The position numbers and the translations under genes are program-made. Below, one piece after another: positions 49,956 through 63,152 of a stretch of DNA of 64,000 bases; within the stretch, counting starts at the first letter, position 1, and every line of letters starts with the position of its first letter. Source of the DNA: Octopus sinensis (lineage: Eukaryota); the NCBI RefSeq assembly GCF_006345805.1, contig NC_042997.1:176638001-176702000 (forward strand), read 5' to 3'. The notes under the pieces are model-generated. The model saw nothing but the letters and a program-made list of their open reading frames with translations. It made no database searches and was not told the DNA's origin.

Positions 49956-50450
49956 CGTATGTGGGTATGTGTGTGCACATATATATGTGTATTAAGATTT
50001 ACATGTGTGTGTGTACAGATACCTATATCTGTACATATCATTAGTTGTATGAAACATGTTTATATATGTGCGCACGGGTAAGTATATAGACACACGCACA
50101 CACACATACACATCTTAAAGCATGTAGTGGCAGATTGCTGTAAACTGACCACTCACTACAACAATATCAAATTTCATTTCCCCTCTCCCCCGGAAATAAG
50201 AAGTAATTTATGACACTTATCACCACATCAAAACCAAAATCTTAACCTCAAACCTTTTAACATCTTATCTTTTTATCTTAATTCTTTTGTTTTTACGATT
50301 ACTTTGTATCTTTTTATATTTCCTTATTTTTCTTTATATCTTTATTCTTTACATTTTTATAATTTACGTTTTTTTTATACTTTACGTTTTTATATTTTCG
50401 TGTTATTCCAGTTTTTTAATATTTATTATATTCATATATATATATATATA

Positions 50451-50845
50451 CTAGCAGTATCGCCCGGCGTTGCTCGGGTTTGTAAGGGAAATAACTGTAT
50501 AAGCATTTTTAGAGATGTAAAGTATAATAGCCATCTCAATATTGCTAACCACAAAGAGGGCGGGGGTTGTAGTTTTTTACGTTCTGAGATTTAATAATAA
50601 ATTTTTAGAGAGTTACTTCCCTTATATATGCCAAAAATGCATTAAAAATGGGAAAAATTGATGGTAAATTTTTTTTTAAATCGTAGACTCATCGTAGACG
50701 CACACTAATACCCAGAAGGGCTCGAAATGAATCATGACTATAAGATACCCGGTTTTGGTTAAACTGCACCGCAAAATGTGGGAGTAGTTAGGAATCTAAA
50801 TCGTAGGAGACAGACAGCACACAACCTCACTTTTATATATAAAGA
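50451..50845 (-). mobile_element. non-autonomous Helitron/Helentron
   Basis: The minus strand starts TCTTTATATATAAA and ends with hairpin CCCGAGCAACGCCGGG followed by CTAG|T. Confidence 0.82.
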
Positions 50846-51913
50846 TATATCTAACTTAGACCCAAGGCTCCTATTTATGTATGTATGTATGCATGCATGT
50901 ATGTATGTTTATTCATATATCTTTTATCTTTTATTTATCTCAGCCTTTGAACTGTGGCCATGCTGGGGCACTACCTTGAATGGTTTAGCCAAATGAATCA
51001 TCCTCAGTGCCTACTATTTTTACTAAGACTAATACTTTTGCTATCAGTCTCTTTTTGCTGAACTGCTAAGGTGTGGGGATGTAAATAAACCAACACTGGT
51101 TGTTGAGCATTTGTGGGGGAACAAACACAAACACATAGACATACACACATTGGTACACAAACACAAGCACAGACATATGCATATTGGAACTCAAACACAC
51201 ACAGACATACATATATTGGTATGCACACACATACACACAAAACACACAGACACACAAACACATAGACGTACACCTATTGGTATGCACACACAAGCACATG
51301 CACATATTTATTTACTTGTTTCTGGCATTAGGTTGTGGCCATGCTGGGGCACAGCCTTAAAAGATTTAGTTGAACAAATTGACCCTAGAACTTTTGTCAC
51401 AGTGCTAAGTTATGGGGACATAAAGAAACCAATACCAGTTGTCAAGCAGTCATTAGGGACAAACATAAATACAAAGACACTACTGCTTGACAGCCGGTGG
51501 TGGTTTATTTACATCTATGTAACTTAATGGTTTGGCAAAAGAGACTGATAGAACCCACACACATATGATGGTCTTTTTTCAATTTCAATCCACCATATCC
51601 ACTCACAAGGCTTTGGTCAACCCAAGACTATAGTGGAAGACACTTGCCCAAAGTGTTGTACTGTGGGACTTAAACTCAAGGCTGCATGGTTGGGCCTTTT
51701 CTTTTCTTTGTCTTGCAAGTTACTTCGTGTCATGAAAAGAACACCCACTGCACACTGAAAAGTGGTTAGCATTAGGAAAAGCATTCAGCTGTAGAAACCA
51801 TGCCAAAAACAACATTGGGGCCTGATGCAGCTCTGTGGCTTGTCAAATCCTGTCAAACTGTCCAATCCATGCTAGCATAAAAAACAGCAGTTAAATGATG
51901 ACACACACACATG

Positions 51914-51954
<41 letters not shown>

Positions 51955-52143
51955 CGGTGTCAGCTGTGGGGTCACTCCGAAAAGCTCTATCTGCAACGAT
52001 TTCATCTCAATCGAAAGAGAGGGGCTTTCTCCGTCCGGGTTGCGGATCCGTGGAATAAGCTGCCGAACGAGATAGTGAAGATGCCAACGACCGCTCGGTT
52101 CAAAGTCTCTCTTGACCAGAAATGGCCTGAACTCTTTGCATGA
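51955..52143 (+). mobile_element. CR1-like LINE extreme 3' end
   Basis: WGHSEKLYLQRFHLNRKRGAFSVRVADPWNKLPNEIVKMPTTARFKVSLD-stop. Confidence 0.8.
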
Positions 52144-52224
52144 ACACCCTCCCTGTACATAACTCAATGTCCCCCTACATGGCCTTGCTTTTTGCTTTTT
52201 GAGCCAAAAAATTAACTTAACATC

Positions 52225-53445
52225 AGACCTGGGCACCAAACTGTTAAACCATTAATTGTTAATTAATGAAGTTAACATTTTCGTTAATGATCTAACTTTT
52301 AAGTTAACTTTGGAAATCACTGTTAGGCTAATTAACTTCCATTACATTTAACTTCTGCTAACTCAAGTCTGCTTGAGTTAACTTCCATTAGCTCAAGTTG
52401 CTATGACAATCAATAGGCTCAAGGTCTTGAAGTCCAAGGGCCTCATCTACTGCAGCCCCTTGGTTGACGCACTTTTGGCAGGTATTGAAAAAAGGTTTAG
52501 AACCCTCCTGGAAGATGGGGAATGTCAGCTGGCTGCTGCCTTCCACCCCAGGTTTTGCCTCATCTGGTTGAATAAATATGACAACACCAAGGTGGGGAAA
52601 AGCATGGAGGGTAAAACCGAGGAGACCAGTCTGATGAAGTGAGCAGCAATGGTGAAGAGGAAGATGACTTCTTTGGTGGTGTCACCCAGCCAAAAGAAAG
52701 CAGCAAGAGCCACAGGTCACAAGGCCCAGAATTTGGTCAAGACCTGGTTGGAGACCAACTCCAAGGACTTGCTGACAGATGCTGCCTTCTTGGGTGAGCA
52801 AGTGTTGGTAAACTTGTTCATCATGTTCAAAACAGCTGTCCCCTCCAGTGCTGCAATGGGGCATTTGTTCTCTATGGGCAAGGACATCTTGAGTGCCAAG
52901 AGATTATCCCTGTCTGATGAAAACTTTGACATGCTAATTTTCATGAAGGGCAACATACATCTCATGAACAAAATGGAGAATGAGAAGAGGCAAAATTAAA
53001 TTATGTATATATTGTGTTTTTCATTATTTTTTTATGGCCAGTTTATAAATAAACTTTTTTCAGTTTAATACTAATATTGTGTTTCATTTGAGGGTTTTTT
53101 TCTAGCTCTAAAAGCCTTTAAAAACCTAAAAAAAAGGACCAAAACTATAAAGTCAGCATTTTTTAACTCTAAAGGCAAAAAAAAAAAAAAAAAACCAAAA
53201 AACCTATAGTTTTGGGGTTCTAAAGCTATTAAAAAGGCCAAAAAAGGTTGATTTTATAGTTTTGGCACTTTTTGAAGGTGTTTTTAGAGCAAAATCTGAT
53301 TTTTTTGTTTTTTTCTTTCGCAGAAATTAACATTAATGGTTTATCAATAATTTCCATTACATTCTTAAAGAATTAACTGATTAACAGTTATCAAAATTAG
53401 CTTTTTGGTTAACTGATTAACGGTTAACATAGTTAACTATTTGAT
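52225..53445 (+). mobile_element. internally deleted hAT transposon with transposase C-terminal (dimerisation) remnant
   Basis: ORF pieces 52403-52642 (LAAAFHPRF) and 52649-52999 (TAVPSSAAMGHLFSMGKDILSAKRLSLSDENFDMLIFMK, cf. PSSAxVERLFS). Flanked by GTTAAC-rich subterminal repeats. Confidence 0.8.
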
Positions 53446-53489
53446 TAATGGTGTACACTTTTGATACATATATATATATATATATATGG

Positions 53490-54378
53490 TCTGTGATGTG
53501 TATGGACAAGGACAGCTGTGTGAAGAAGTGCTGATCTGTAATGGTGGAGGGAACTGTGGAAGAAGCAGACCCAGGAAGACATGGGATGAAGTGGTGATAC
53601 ATAATCTTTGAATGTTGGGCCTCACAAAGACAATGATGAATGACCGAAACCTTTGGCGATATGCTGTGCTTGAGAAGACTTATTAAGCCAAGTGACATTG
53701 TAGTCATGGTCGATGCTGGTGTTATGTAACTGGCACATAAAAAGAGCCCCTTGAATGTTGGGCCTCACGGAGACAGTGACAAGGGACTGAGACCTTTGGC
53801 AATATACCCTGCTTGAGAAGACCTGTCAAGCCAAGTAAGATCACAGTTGTGGCTGATGCTGGTGTAATGTATTTGGCACCCATGCTGGTGGTACATAAAA
53901 AGTACCCACTACACTCTTGGAGTGGTTGGCATTAGGAAGGACATCCAGCTGTAGAAACCATACCAAATCAGGCTGGAACATAGTGTAGCTTCCTAAAAAA
54001 AAAATTGTTCCTTTTCGAGCCATGCCTGGCTCATAAGGGCCGGTTTCTTGGCTTATAGGTTCTCCACCTGGATGGGACGCCGGTCCGTCGCAGGTAAGCT
54101 GCAAGATGCAGGAGGAAAGAGTGAAAGAAAGTTGTGGCGAAAGAGTCAGCAGAAGTTCGCCATTATCTTCTGCCAGAGCCACGTGGAGCTTAGGTGTTTT
54201 CGCTCATAAACACAAGCATCGCCCGGTCTGAGATTCGAAACCCGTGATCCCTCGACCGTGAGTCCACTGCTCTAATCCCTCGGCCATGTGCCTCCACTAG
54301 CTCCCTAGCTTACCAGTTTTCAGTCAAACTGTCCAACCCATGACAGCATGGAAAACAGACGTTAAATGATGATGATGA
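53490..54378 (+). mobile_element. RTE LINE 3' end with nested SINE D
   Basis: GHVxxMDKDSCVKKC...GRSRPRKTWDEVV, 3' UTR and gatgatgat tail. Confidence 0.85.
54006..54297 (-). mobile_element. tRNA-headed SINE family D with 10-bp TSD
   Basis: Homologous to 11693-11974. TSD tagcttccta (53986-53995) / tagctcccta (54298-54307). Confidence 0.88.
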
Positions 54379-56449
54379 TATGTACATATATATCATCAGT
54401 AAATAATAAATTCGAAAGTGAAGCAAATTCTATGTTATAGAGCAGCAGAATATTTAGATAAAGATATGGCTGGTTCATAGGGTTACCCAAGATTTTGCAT
54501 CCTTAAGGTGCTCAGCTTTACACAAGTCACATTAGACCCTAATGAACTAGCCATAACTATCTTTAACTAAATATATATACAATATATATATATAACTAGA
54601 AAATTACTCAGAGCGGTGTATCTTCAAGTATTTATAAATAGAATTAACACAAAGACAAATAAGGCAGTAATATTTGTTTATATTAATATAATAATATATT
54701 TACAAATGGGAAGTAAATATTATCCATTTATTGTTATTTTACAAAGATGAAGTGCAGACATAGAAAACAATCATCGGTACATCACTGCTATTATGTTTAT
54801 CATAATGGGACCAGAATTTATATAATTGCATGCTTTCACAAAGATAAAATAGGTCATTTTACTAACTATTACTACATGCTTTCTTTCACAATGTAATTGA
54901 TCATAGTAGCATGTATTTTCAATGACTTGCTAGAAATAGAAGCCTAAGTAATTTTTGGTCAGCAATGTGCCAGAAGCAATGCTACTTCAATAAAGAATCC
55001 CTTACTGATATGTATATATATATATATATTTTCTCTCTTTTTTTCTCTCCTTGTTTTTTCTGTGTCCCTTTCTGTAGAAGGGCATAGGCTCAAAACGTAA
55101 AAGACTTTTTCTATTCCTGAGTGTTATACTAATACATCTGTTTGTTTTGTACACCACCTGTCTTCGTCTTTTGTTTTTTTCGTAAACTCTCCCTATATAT
55201 ATATATAATTAGACAGATAGATTGATAGATAGATATTTACTCTCTAGGTATTTACTGTCATGGAGTAGACTGTAAACTTTAGTTGTAATAAATATATCTA
55301 TCTAATCTACCCAACATACTGAATTCTATAACTGAAAATGTTTGCACTACACAAATCATAAATTTATATACTTTATAAATCTAAACACTTTATAAATCAT
55401 ATGCAGATATGGCTGTGTGATTCTCTCTGCAACCACATGGCTTTTGTTCAATTGATTGGCACTTTGAGTAAGTGTCTTCTATTATGGCCTCAGATCAACC
55501 AATACCTTATGAGTGGAATGATAGGAATTGGTAGACGAAACTCTATGGAAGCCTGTCATATATACATACATAAATATGTATGCATGTATGTATGTGTATA
55601 TATATATATACACACATACAGATTCCTTGGACACTTCCACAGAAACAATGATATTGACAGGCTCTAAGAAGAAATGAAGAGAGTAGCAGCTTGAGGTTAA
55701 TGTAGATAGTTTTTGACTGTCATATAATATCTCTTAGGTAGCACATGTTAAACAACAGTAGTAATAGACACACACACACGATCTTCCTCATAGCTTCTAT
55801 CTACCAAAGTTTCTTCAGAAGACATTGGTCCACTGGAAAATATGGTAGAAAATACTTTCTCAAGGTGCTGTACAGAAGAATTGAACCCTGAACAATATTG
55901 TAACGAAGTGAATTTCTTAACACATAGTTACCACACAGGAACATTTGACTGTTTATTGAAAATCATTATTAATATTATTAAAACCCTAGTGTCTTGAAAA
56001 CTGGGATATGTATATTTGTATGATATTGCATGATATTGATTGTATTGTAGTCTATGATCGGATTGTTACTATGTTGCTCTTTGAAAAATAAGAAATTATA
56101 ATTATTTATTTTAAAATTCTTTTTTCATCTGTCATATGATCATCAAAATCACGGGAAGCATTCTCAGAAATGTTTTTTCTGTATTTAAGTCTTAAGATTG
56201 CACACCTTGGTATAATTAAGATAAAAAATGAGTATTTGAATAATTTTCTATCAGCTTTTCAATGTGTTCAGATAAATATATTTACTTACTAAATACTTAT
56301 AAGTGACAGAGGCAGTATTAATACAAAGGGGTAATAATTATCTCCACTTAAACATGGATATTCTGGTACAACAAATTATACTGTGGTTGTAACCATGAGA
56401 GAAACTCTTGTATTGACTTTTGGTCAAAATGCACTCTTGTGGTTGAACA

Positions 56450-57005
56450 TCCAACATTGACAAGACCAAGGAAGGCTGAAATTACATGATCCGGTGTCTT
56501 GGTGCTGGAGGCTGTGGGAATTTATCTCCCTGCTAGCAATATCAACTTGAATGCATTTTGCACCAAAAGCCAAAATGAACTTCTCTTATGGTAACTACAG
56601 CAGTATAGTTTGTCCTAACAGAAAATCCACATTTAAGTGGAAATAAATGTTACCATATGGTATTCATACTGCCTCTGTTGCTAATATATAATTTTTAACA
56701 AGCTCATTGGCTAATTGTAACACCAGTGTCTGTTTTGACACTGTTATTCTATATATTGCTGGCAAGGGAGACAAATTGCTGCTATCTCTAGCAGTTGAGC
56801 ACCCATCACTGAGAAGGCTAAGGAAGGTGGAAATCACATGATCTGATTATCTCTGTGCTGGAGGTGTGGAGATTTACCTCCCTGCTAGCAATATAAAAGA
56901 GTGCATTTTGCACCAGAAACCAATGTGGAAATTTCTCTCATGGTAACTATTATAGTAAAGTTTGTTATAACAGAACATTCACATTTAAGTGGAGATAAAT
57001 ATATT
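56450..57005 (+). repeat. diverged direct duplication (about 200-bp units, about 340-bp period)
   Basis: aaggaaggctgaaattacatgatc...ctccctgctagcaatat...gcattttgcacca...cacatttaagtgga occurs at about 56468-56648 and again at about 56818-57000. Confidence 0.8.
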
Positions 57006-58560
57006 TATTTACATCTTATGTTGCTTTTGTATTTGGTTTGCAAGATTTTTAATATAAACTCATATGTTGAAATAGATTTTTTATATCTCAGGAAGGTTGT
57101 TATTAACCGACTAATAATAATAGTTATTCTGCTATAGCACAAGGATGGAAATTATGGGGAAATAGGCTAGTTGTTTACATTGCAAAAAACAAAGCAAAAT
57201 CCCATGCTCAACTGGTAATTATTTTATCATTCCACAAAAGGAATTTGAAACCAGAAGAAATGTTGCTAAGCATTTTATACAGCCTGGTAATGATACTGCC
57301 AGCACACCAACTTCAAAGAAGTGAAATCTAACCAATGTGGGTGTTTTTTAATGTCATAGGGTCCCTCTCAAGATACAACATTTACATCTTACACGTACTT
57401 TTATACCCTTTAAGACAATGCCCCAGTATGGCCACAGAGCAATAATGTGAAACCAGTAAAAGAATAAAAGAACATACATTAAATGGGTGAAGGCACATTT
57501 GATGCTTACACCCTTAGAAATGCAAAGTAGTATTAGATATGCAGTAAAAAAATAATAATTTCTTACATAGGCACAAGGACAGGAATGTTTTTGGAGGTGG
57601 GAGAGAACATTCGATTATATTGACTCCAGTGCTTGACAAGTACTTATTTTACCAACCCCAGGTGAATGAAAAGCAAAGCTGACCTCAGCAAGATTTGAAC
57701 TCAGAACCTAAAGAGCACGACCAAATACAAACCCACAAGGCATTTTTGTCCAATGGTCTAATGATTCTACTAATCTAATATTATTGACCAATATTCCTCT
57801 TACATTTGTATTGAAAAATATGGGAGGAAAAACATGTTTCACTTTTATTGCAACTCTTCAGCGGGAGTGTAGAGTGTAGTCTCTGAATTTACTAAAGAAT
57901 GATTGATCAAATTATAAAAATGTAGACTCTTTTTGCTTGATATGTTAGACCTCTCTTCACCACAACAACATAATTTAATCTACTTTGCAAATGCTCTGTA
58001 TTTACTATTTGCTATCAGAAACTATCCTTAATTTTCTGGGTTTCTACTTTTTCACTCTACATAAATGTGAGTTGTTGGTATAAATTAAGTGAATTAATGG
58101 AAAAATAGAAAATAGAGAATTATTTTAAAATATCAGCCAAATATCAATTAATAGCTAAGTGATTAAGGTTATATTTAGTGTTTATTGCATAGATTTTTTA
58201 AATGACTAAGTAGGATTAGATGACATATATATGTATATATACATATCTATCTTTCTTTCTATCTATCTATATATATGCATGTGTGTATACACCCCCCCAC
58301 ACACAGTTGTTTTGCCTAAACAAATGCATAAATTGAGAAATTTAAAAGTAATGATGCAAAAATCTTCATCATTGAATGAATAAATAAACTCTACTACATG
58401 TATTGAGTGCTATATCTCCCATTTCCACACCCACATGTGTGTAATATACATACATATATATATACACATACGTACATACATACATACATACAGACAGACA
58501 GACAGACAGACAAACATACATATACATATACACATACATATACATAAACATGCATATATA

Positions 58561-58775
58561 CAAGGGGGTGCTGAAAAGTTCCTGGCTTTAAGGGTATCGC
58601 AAAAGGCCTGGTTGGAGGCCCAACCATCCCAGTTCTTTTCCAGGGCTTAGAAAAACTGAAGGACCACTGCAATAAGTGTGTGAATCTGAGAAGAGAATAT
58701 GTTGAATAAAATCATAATTAATTGATCCTCTTGTATTTTCTTTTACCCAAAGACAAGAACTCATCAGCACCCTGT
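58561..58775 (+). mobile_element. mariner-derived MITE
   Basis: CAAGGGGGTGCTGAAAAGTTC...GAACTCATCAGCACCCTG ends. Internal GLEKLKDHCNKCVNLRREYVE-stop resembles a mariner C-terminus. Confidence 0.75.
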
Positions 58776-58941
58776 CACACACACACATGCGTGTACACAC
58801 ACATGCGTGCACATACACACATACGTGCACACACACACATGCATGCACACACACACACATGCGTGTGCACACACACACACATGCGTGCACACACCCACAT
58901 GCATGCACACACACACATGCATGCACACGCACACACACACA

Positions 58942-58980
<39 letters not shown>

Positions 58981-58990
58981 CATACATACA
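58775..58990. repeat. compound alternating purine-pyrimidine microsatellite ((CA)n/CATGC units plus (TA)n)
   Basis: Read directly. Long (TA)n tracts also occur at about 26734-26770, 47713-47761 and 49243-49308, among many others. Confidence 0.95.
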
Positions 58991-59103
58991 GATGAAACTT
59001 CAAAAAAACCTAATAAAAAAAGGGCCTAATATATTCCTTCCCTGAAAGGCCAGTGGTTGTGATTAGTATACAACTGATAATAGTATATGCCTTGTGTTCT
59101 CTG

Positions 59104-59109
59104 TTTATT
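59104..59109 (-). promoter_or_regulatory. candidate polyadenylation signal of BBS4
   Basis: AATAAA on the minus strand, 10 nt after the stop codon. Motif only. Confidence 0.35.
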
Positions 59110-59119
59110 GCTTTAGGGA

Positions 59120-59491
59120 TTAAAACTTTTTCCCAGAATTTTCAGACTCCTTCATCAATGTTGGTGTCTTAGAAAATGATAAAGTTTCTCTCAGTTTTAG
59201 AAGTTCACTACTAGTTTGTAAAGGTGGTAAACTAGTTAGTTTTGACTGCTTTGGTCTTGGGCTAAGAATGTTGGATGGTTCCCAGTTTTCAACAGAAGTA
59301 TTATTTACATCAGTAGCTGCTGACTCAGTTGGTATGGGATTAATTTTGGCTTCAAAATTGGCACTGTTTTCTTTAGTTAGTGGGTTCGATGTTGAAAAGT
59401 CATTTTCCATATCACTGGAATTGGAATTCTCCCGAGCTGGGTTTTCATTATTTTGGACGACAAAATTGAGTTGATTGGCAGTTACCAAAAT
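59120..59491 (-). CDS. BBS4: BBS4 final coding exon (low-complexity tail)
   Basis: Acceptor ttttgttag|ATT is phase 0 and joins the previous exon as DQE|ILVTANQLNFVVQ (human, as recalled: DSE|MVEMAQKLGAALQ). Open for 123 codons to TAA; S/N/T/E-rich. Confidence 0.75.
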   Translation of the reverse strand: MLVTANQLNFVVQNNENPARENSNSSDMENDFSTSNPLTKENSANFEAKINPIPTESAATDVNNTSVENWEPSNILSPRPKQSKLTSLPPLQTSSELLKLRETLSFSKTPTLMKESENSGKKF

Positions 59492-59546
59492 CTAACAAAA
59501 GATGAAAAGATCATAAAAAATTTTAATTTATTTTACAACCATATAC

Positions 59547-59591
<45 letters not shown>

Positions 59592-59774
59592 GTATGCATG
59601 TAGGTGTGTGTGTGTATATATATCATCATCATCATCATCGTTTAGCATCCGTTTTCCATGCTAGCATGGGTTGGACGGTTCTACTGGGGTCTGTGAAGCC
59701 AGAAGGCTTCATCAGGCCCAGTCAAATCTGGCAGTGTTTCTACGGCTGGATGCCCTTCCTAATGCCAACCACTC

Positions 59775-59809
<35 letters not shown>

Positions 59810-60342
59810 GTATGCGTGTGTATATATATATAGGGAGAGTTTCCAAAAAAACAAAAGACGAAGACAGGTGGTGTAGACAACAAACAGATGTATTTGTATA
59901 ACACTCGGGAGGTGAAAAAGTCTTTAACATTTCGAGCCTACGCTCTTCCACAGAAAGAAACAAGGAGAGAAAATAAAGAATGTGTAGTGGCTAGTGATCT
60001 ATCATGGCGATGTACCTTGCAACAGAAATGTTAAGACTGATCATGCTGGTGGTGTAAAGCACTTCTGGTGGTGCCACATAAAAGAACCTGTGTGGTGGTG
60101 CCATGTAAACTTGCCTGTGTAGTGTCACATAAAAGTGCCTGTGTGGTTCCACATAAAAGTGTCCATGTGGCACGATGTAAAAGCACCCAGCACACTCTGT
60201 AAAGTAGTTGGCATTAGGAAGGCATCCAGCCATAGAAACCATGCCAAATCAGACTGGAGTCTGGTGCAGCTCCCCAGCTTGCCAGGTCTGGTCAATCCAT
60301 CCAACCCATGCCAGCACCAACGACATTAAATGATGATGATGA

Positions 60343-60381
<39 letters not shown>

Positions 60382-61668
60382 GACAAAGGAAGGAATAAGT
60401 GATTATCTTATGGACTTCAGGAGCTTACAGCTGTAATTTAATTCTTTCCCAAATAAACTGAACTTCATATTCAAGGCTCTGATAAAGCTATAAGGTGTTA
60501 CTCAGGCACTCAACCATAAGTCCACTGCATCTTATAGCAGAAACAGCAGTAAGCCAATGAAGTTCATAAGATGATCATTTATTCCTTCGTTATCTCTCTT
60601 TTTTTATTACCACTCTATACTCAGCGAACACTTCTTTCTGAAATATACATATATTGAGTTCTACATCAGGTTATTGGTTTCGCAATACCTAAGTGAAATA
60701 TATATCATCATCATCATCATCATCGTTTAACGTCCGTTCTCCATGCTAGCATGGGTTGGACGGTTCGACCAGGGATCTGGGAAGCCAGAAGGCTGCACCA
60801 GGCTCCAGTCTTATCTGGCAATGTTGGGGGAAAATAAGTTCAAAAGAGAACAATTCAAACTTTTGAGAGGTCCAACAAGAGAGAAAGAATGATTTCTAAT
60901 AAAGATTCATCATATTCATAAAAAAACAGCCAGGGCAAGTAATAAGAATATGAAAATAGTAGTTGAAAAATATCGTTATAGGTATAAAAGTACTATAAAC
61001 AATTATAGAAAAAAGGAAGAGAAAAAGATGTTGAATTAGATTTAATACAAAATGGGATTCAATACATATGCACATTTCAAAGGACAATACAAATATGTAA
61101 GAAAAAATTATAACCATAGTAATTATAATTAAATTTATGGATTGTCATTTTCATCAGTGAAAGGAATTTTTGTAAGGACATCAAAAATAGTTTAATAAAA
61201 TAAAGTAAATTTAATTTAATAAGGGAGAATACAAATGAGCTTACAGGAAAAAAAATCGGATATTTACAAGCAAGTTATAAAAAGGGAGAAAATAACAGTA
61301 ATAATGATAGTAAGAGAGACGAAAGAGAAAAAAAGGACAGACATATCAATGTGTATGCACGTCTATATGTGTGGTAAACTATAACATAAAAATAAGAATA
61401 AAAAACTAACGGATATGTTTAAAAAATGGTAACAGGTGGACTAATAGAAGAAAAAAAAACATAAAGAGTTATACATATACATGTTAAAATTGAAAAACCA
61501 AAAAATATATATATTTTACACAAGGCTAAAAAGTGATAAGCAAACTATGTTTGAAAAAAGTTACCATAATTTTATGTAATTTTGGTAGATACATCTGTTA
61601 AAATGAGATGTCAGTGTTAATTTATATTTTTGCATAATTTAGAGGACAATATATTCACCACACCCTGC

Positions 61669-61699
<31 letters not shown>

Positions 61700-62003
61700 T
61701 ACATGTTTGTATATATATATATATATATGTATATGTGTATGTATATGTGTAGATGTATATATATATATTCTTTTATTCTTTTCCTTGTTCCAGTCATTTG
61801 ACTGTAGCCATACTGGAGCACCACCTTTAGGTGAACAAACCAACTCCAGGACTTAGTCTTTGTAAGCCTAGTACTTATTCTATTGGTGTCTTTTGTTGAA
61901 CTACTAAGTTATCGGGACATAAACACACCAGCATCGGTTGTCAAACAATGATGGGGGACAAACACAGACACAAACACATAGAAATCTCTCTCTCTCTTTC
62001 TCT

Positions 62004-62044
<41 letters not shown>

Positions 62045-62368
62045 TATGATGGGCCTCTTTCAGTTTCTGTCTACAAAATCCACTCATAAGGCTTTGCTTG
62101 GCCTGAGGCTATAGTAGAAGACACATGCCCAAGGTGCCACACAGTGGGACTAAACCCAGAACCCTGAGGTTGGGAAGCAAGCTTTTTACCACACAGCCGC
62201 TCCTATATATATATATATATATATATATTAATAATAAAAGGGTAAAATTCATCAATCAAATGAATGAATTAATTAATCAATCAATTAATTAATAATTTCA
62301 CCAAGTAGATTAGTACATTAAAATAACCTTTTTAGGTAAAATTATACAAATATTTTATAATTATAAAC

Positions 62369-62514
62369 ATAATTATAATTAGGGGTTCAGCTAATTGCTT
62401 CACCACATACCGAATTTAGAAATAGGAGTTAAAAGTAGTAGAAAAGGAATTTTAACTCCTATTTCTAAATTCGGTATGTAGTGAAGCAATTAGCTGAAGC
62501 CTAATTATAATTAT
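62369..62514. repeat. near-perfect palindrome (about 65-bp arms, 15-nt loop) in a BBS4 intron
   Basis: ...cagctaattgcttcaccacataccgaatttagaaataggagttaaaa / ttttaactcctatttctaaattcggtatgtagtgaagcaattagctg... Confidence 0.9.
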
Positions 62515-62573
62515 ATATATATGTGTGTGTGTGTATCATCAATATTATACTGTTGAGTCTGGTTTTTGTTTAC

Positions 62574-62712
62574 CTCTTGATCAATAACTCCACCTGCTGA
62601 TGAATAAGAATCCTTTTTCTGTTCAAAAAGTACAAATTGTTTGGCAGCTTCTTGCTGTATTCCTTGTTTGTATAAAAAGATGGCATAATTCAAGCAAATG
62701 GTGAGTTCATCT
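62574..62712 (-). CDS. BBS4: Bardet-Biedl syndrome 4 (BBSome TPR subunit), penultimate coding exon
   Basis: Acceptor ttccag|A and donor GAG|gtaaac. Encodes DELTICLNYAIFLYKQGIQQEAAKQFVLFEQKKDSYSSAGGVIDQE, which matches my recollection of the BBS4 C-terminal TPR (human [30 protein letters not shown]...FDSE). Upstream exons lie beyond the window end. Confidence 0.85.
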
Positions 62713-63152
62713 CTGGAAGAGGAAAAAAGAGGAAAGGAATATAAATTTTTGTTGAATGTAATAATTATAGACATGCATCCTTAGGCTTACACATACATGT
62801 ATGCACACTCTTATGCACATGTGTATACATATACTCATTAATGCACAAACAAATGCTCTAACTGATACATACATATATACATGTCTGTGCCAATGACATG
62901 TAAAAGACACCCAGTATACACTGCGGAGTGGCCTGTGCTAGGAAGGACATCCAGCAGCAGAGTATATATACTCTTTTACTCTTTTACTGGTTTCAGTCAT
63001 TTGACTGTGGCCATGCTGGAGCACCGCCTTTAGTCAAGCAAATCGACCCCAGGACTTATTCTTTGTAAGCCTAGTACTTATTCTATCGGTCTCTTTTGCC
63101 GAACCGCTAAGTTACGGGGATGTAAACACACCAGCATATATGTATATTAAGC

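Noticed and set aside
60400-60700. Possible extra BBS4 exon between the two called exons
   Set aside because: No BBS4-like peptide, and the flanking exons already join in phase 0 with colinear similarity.
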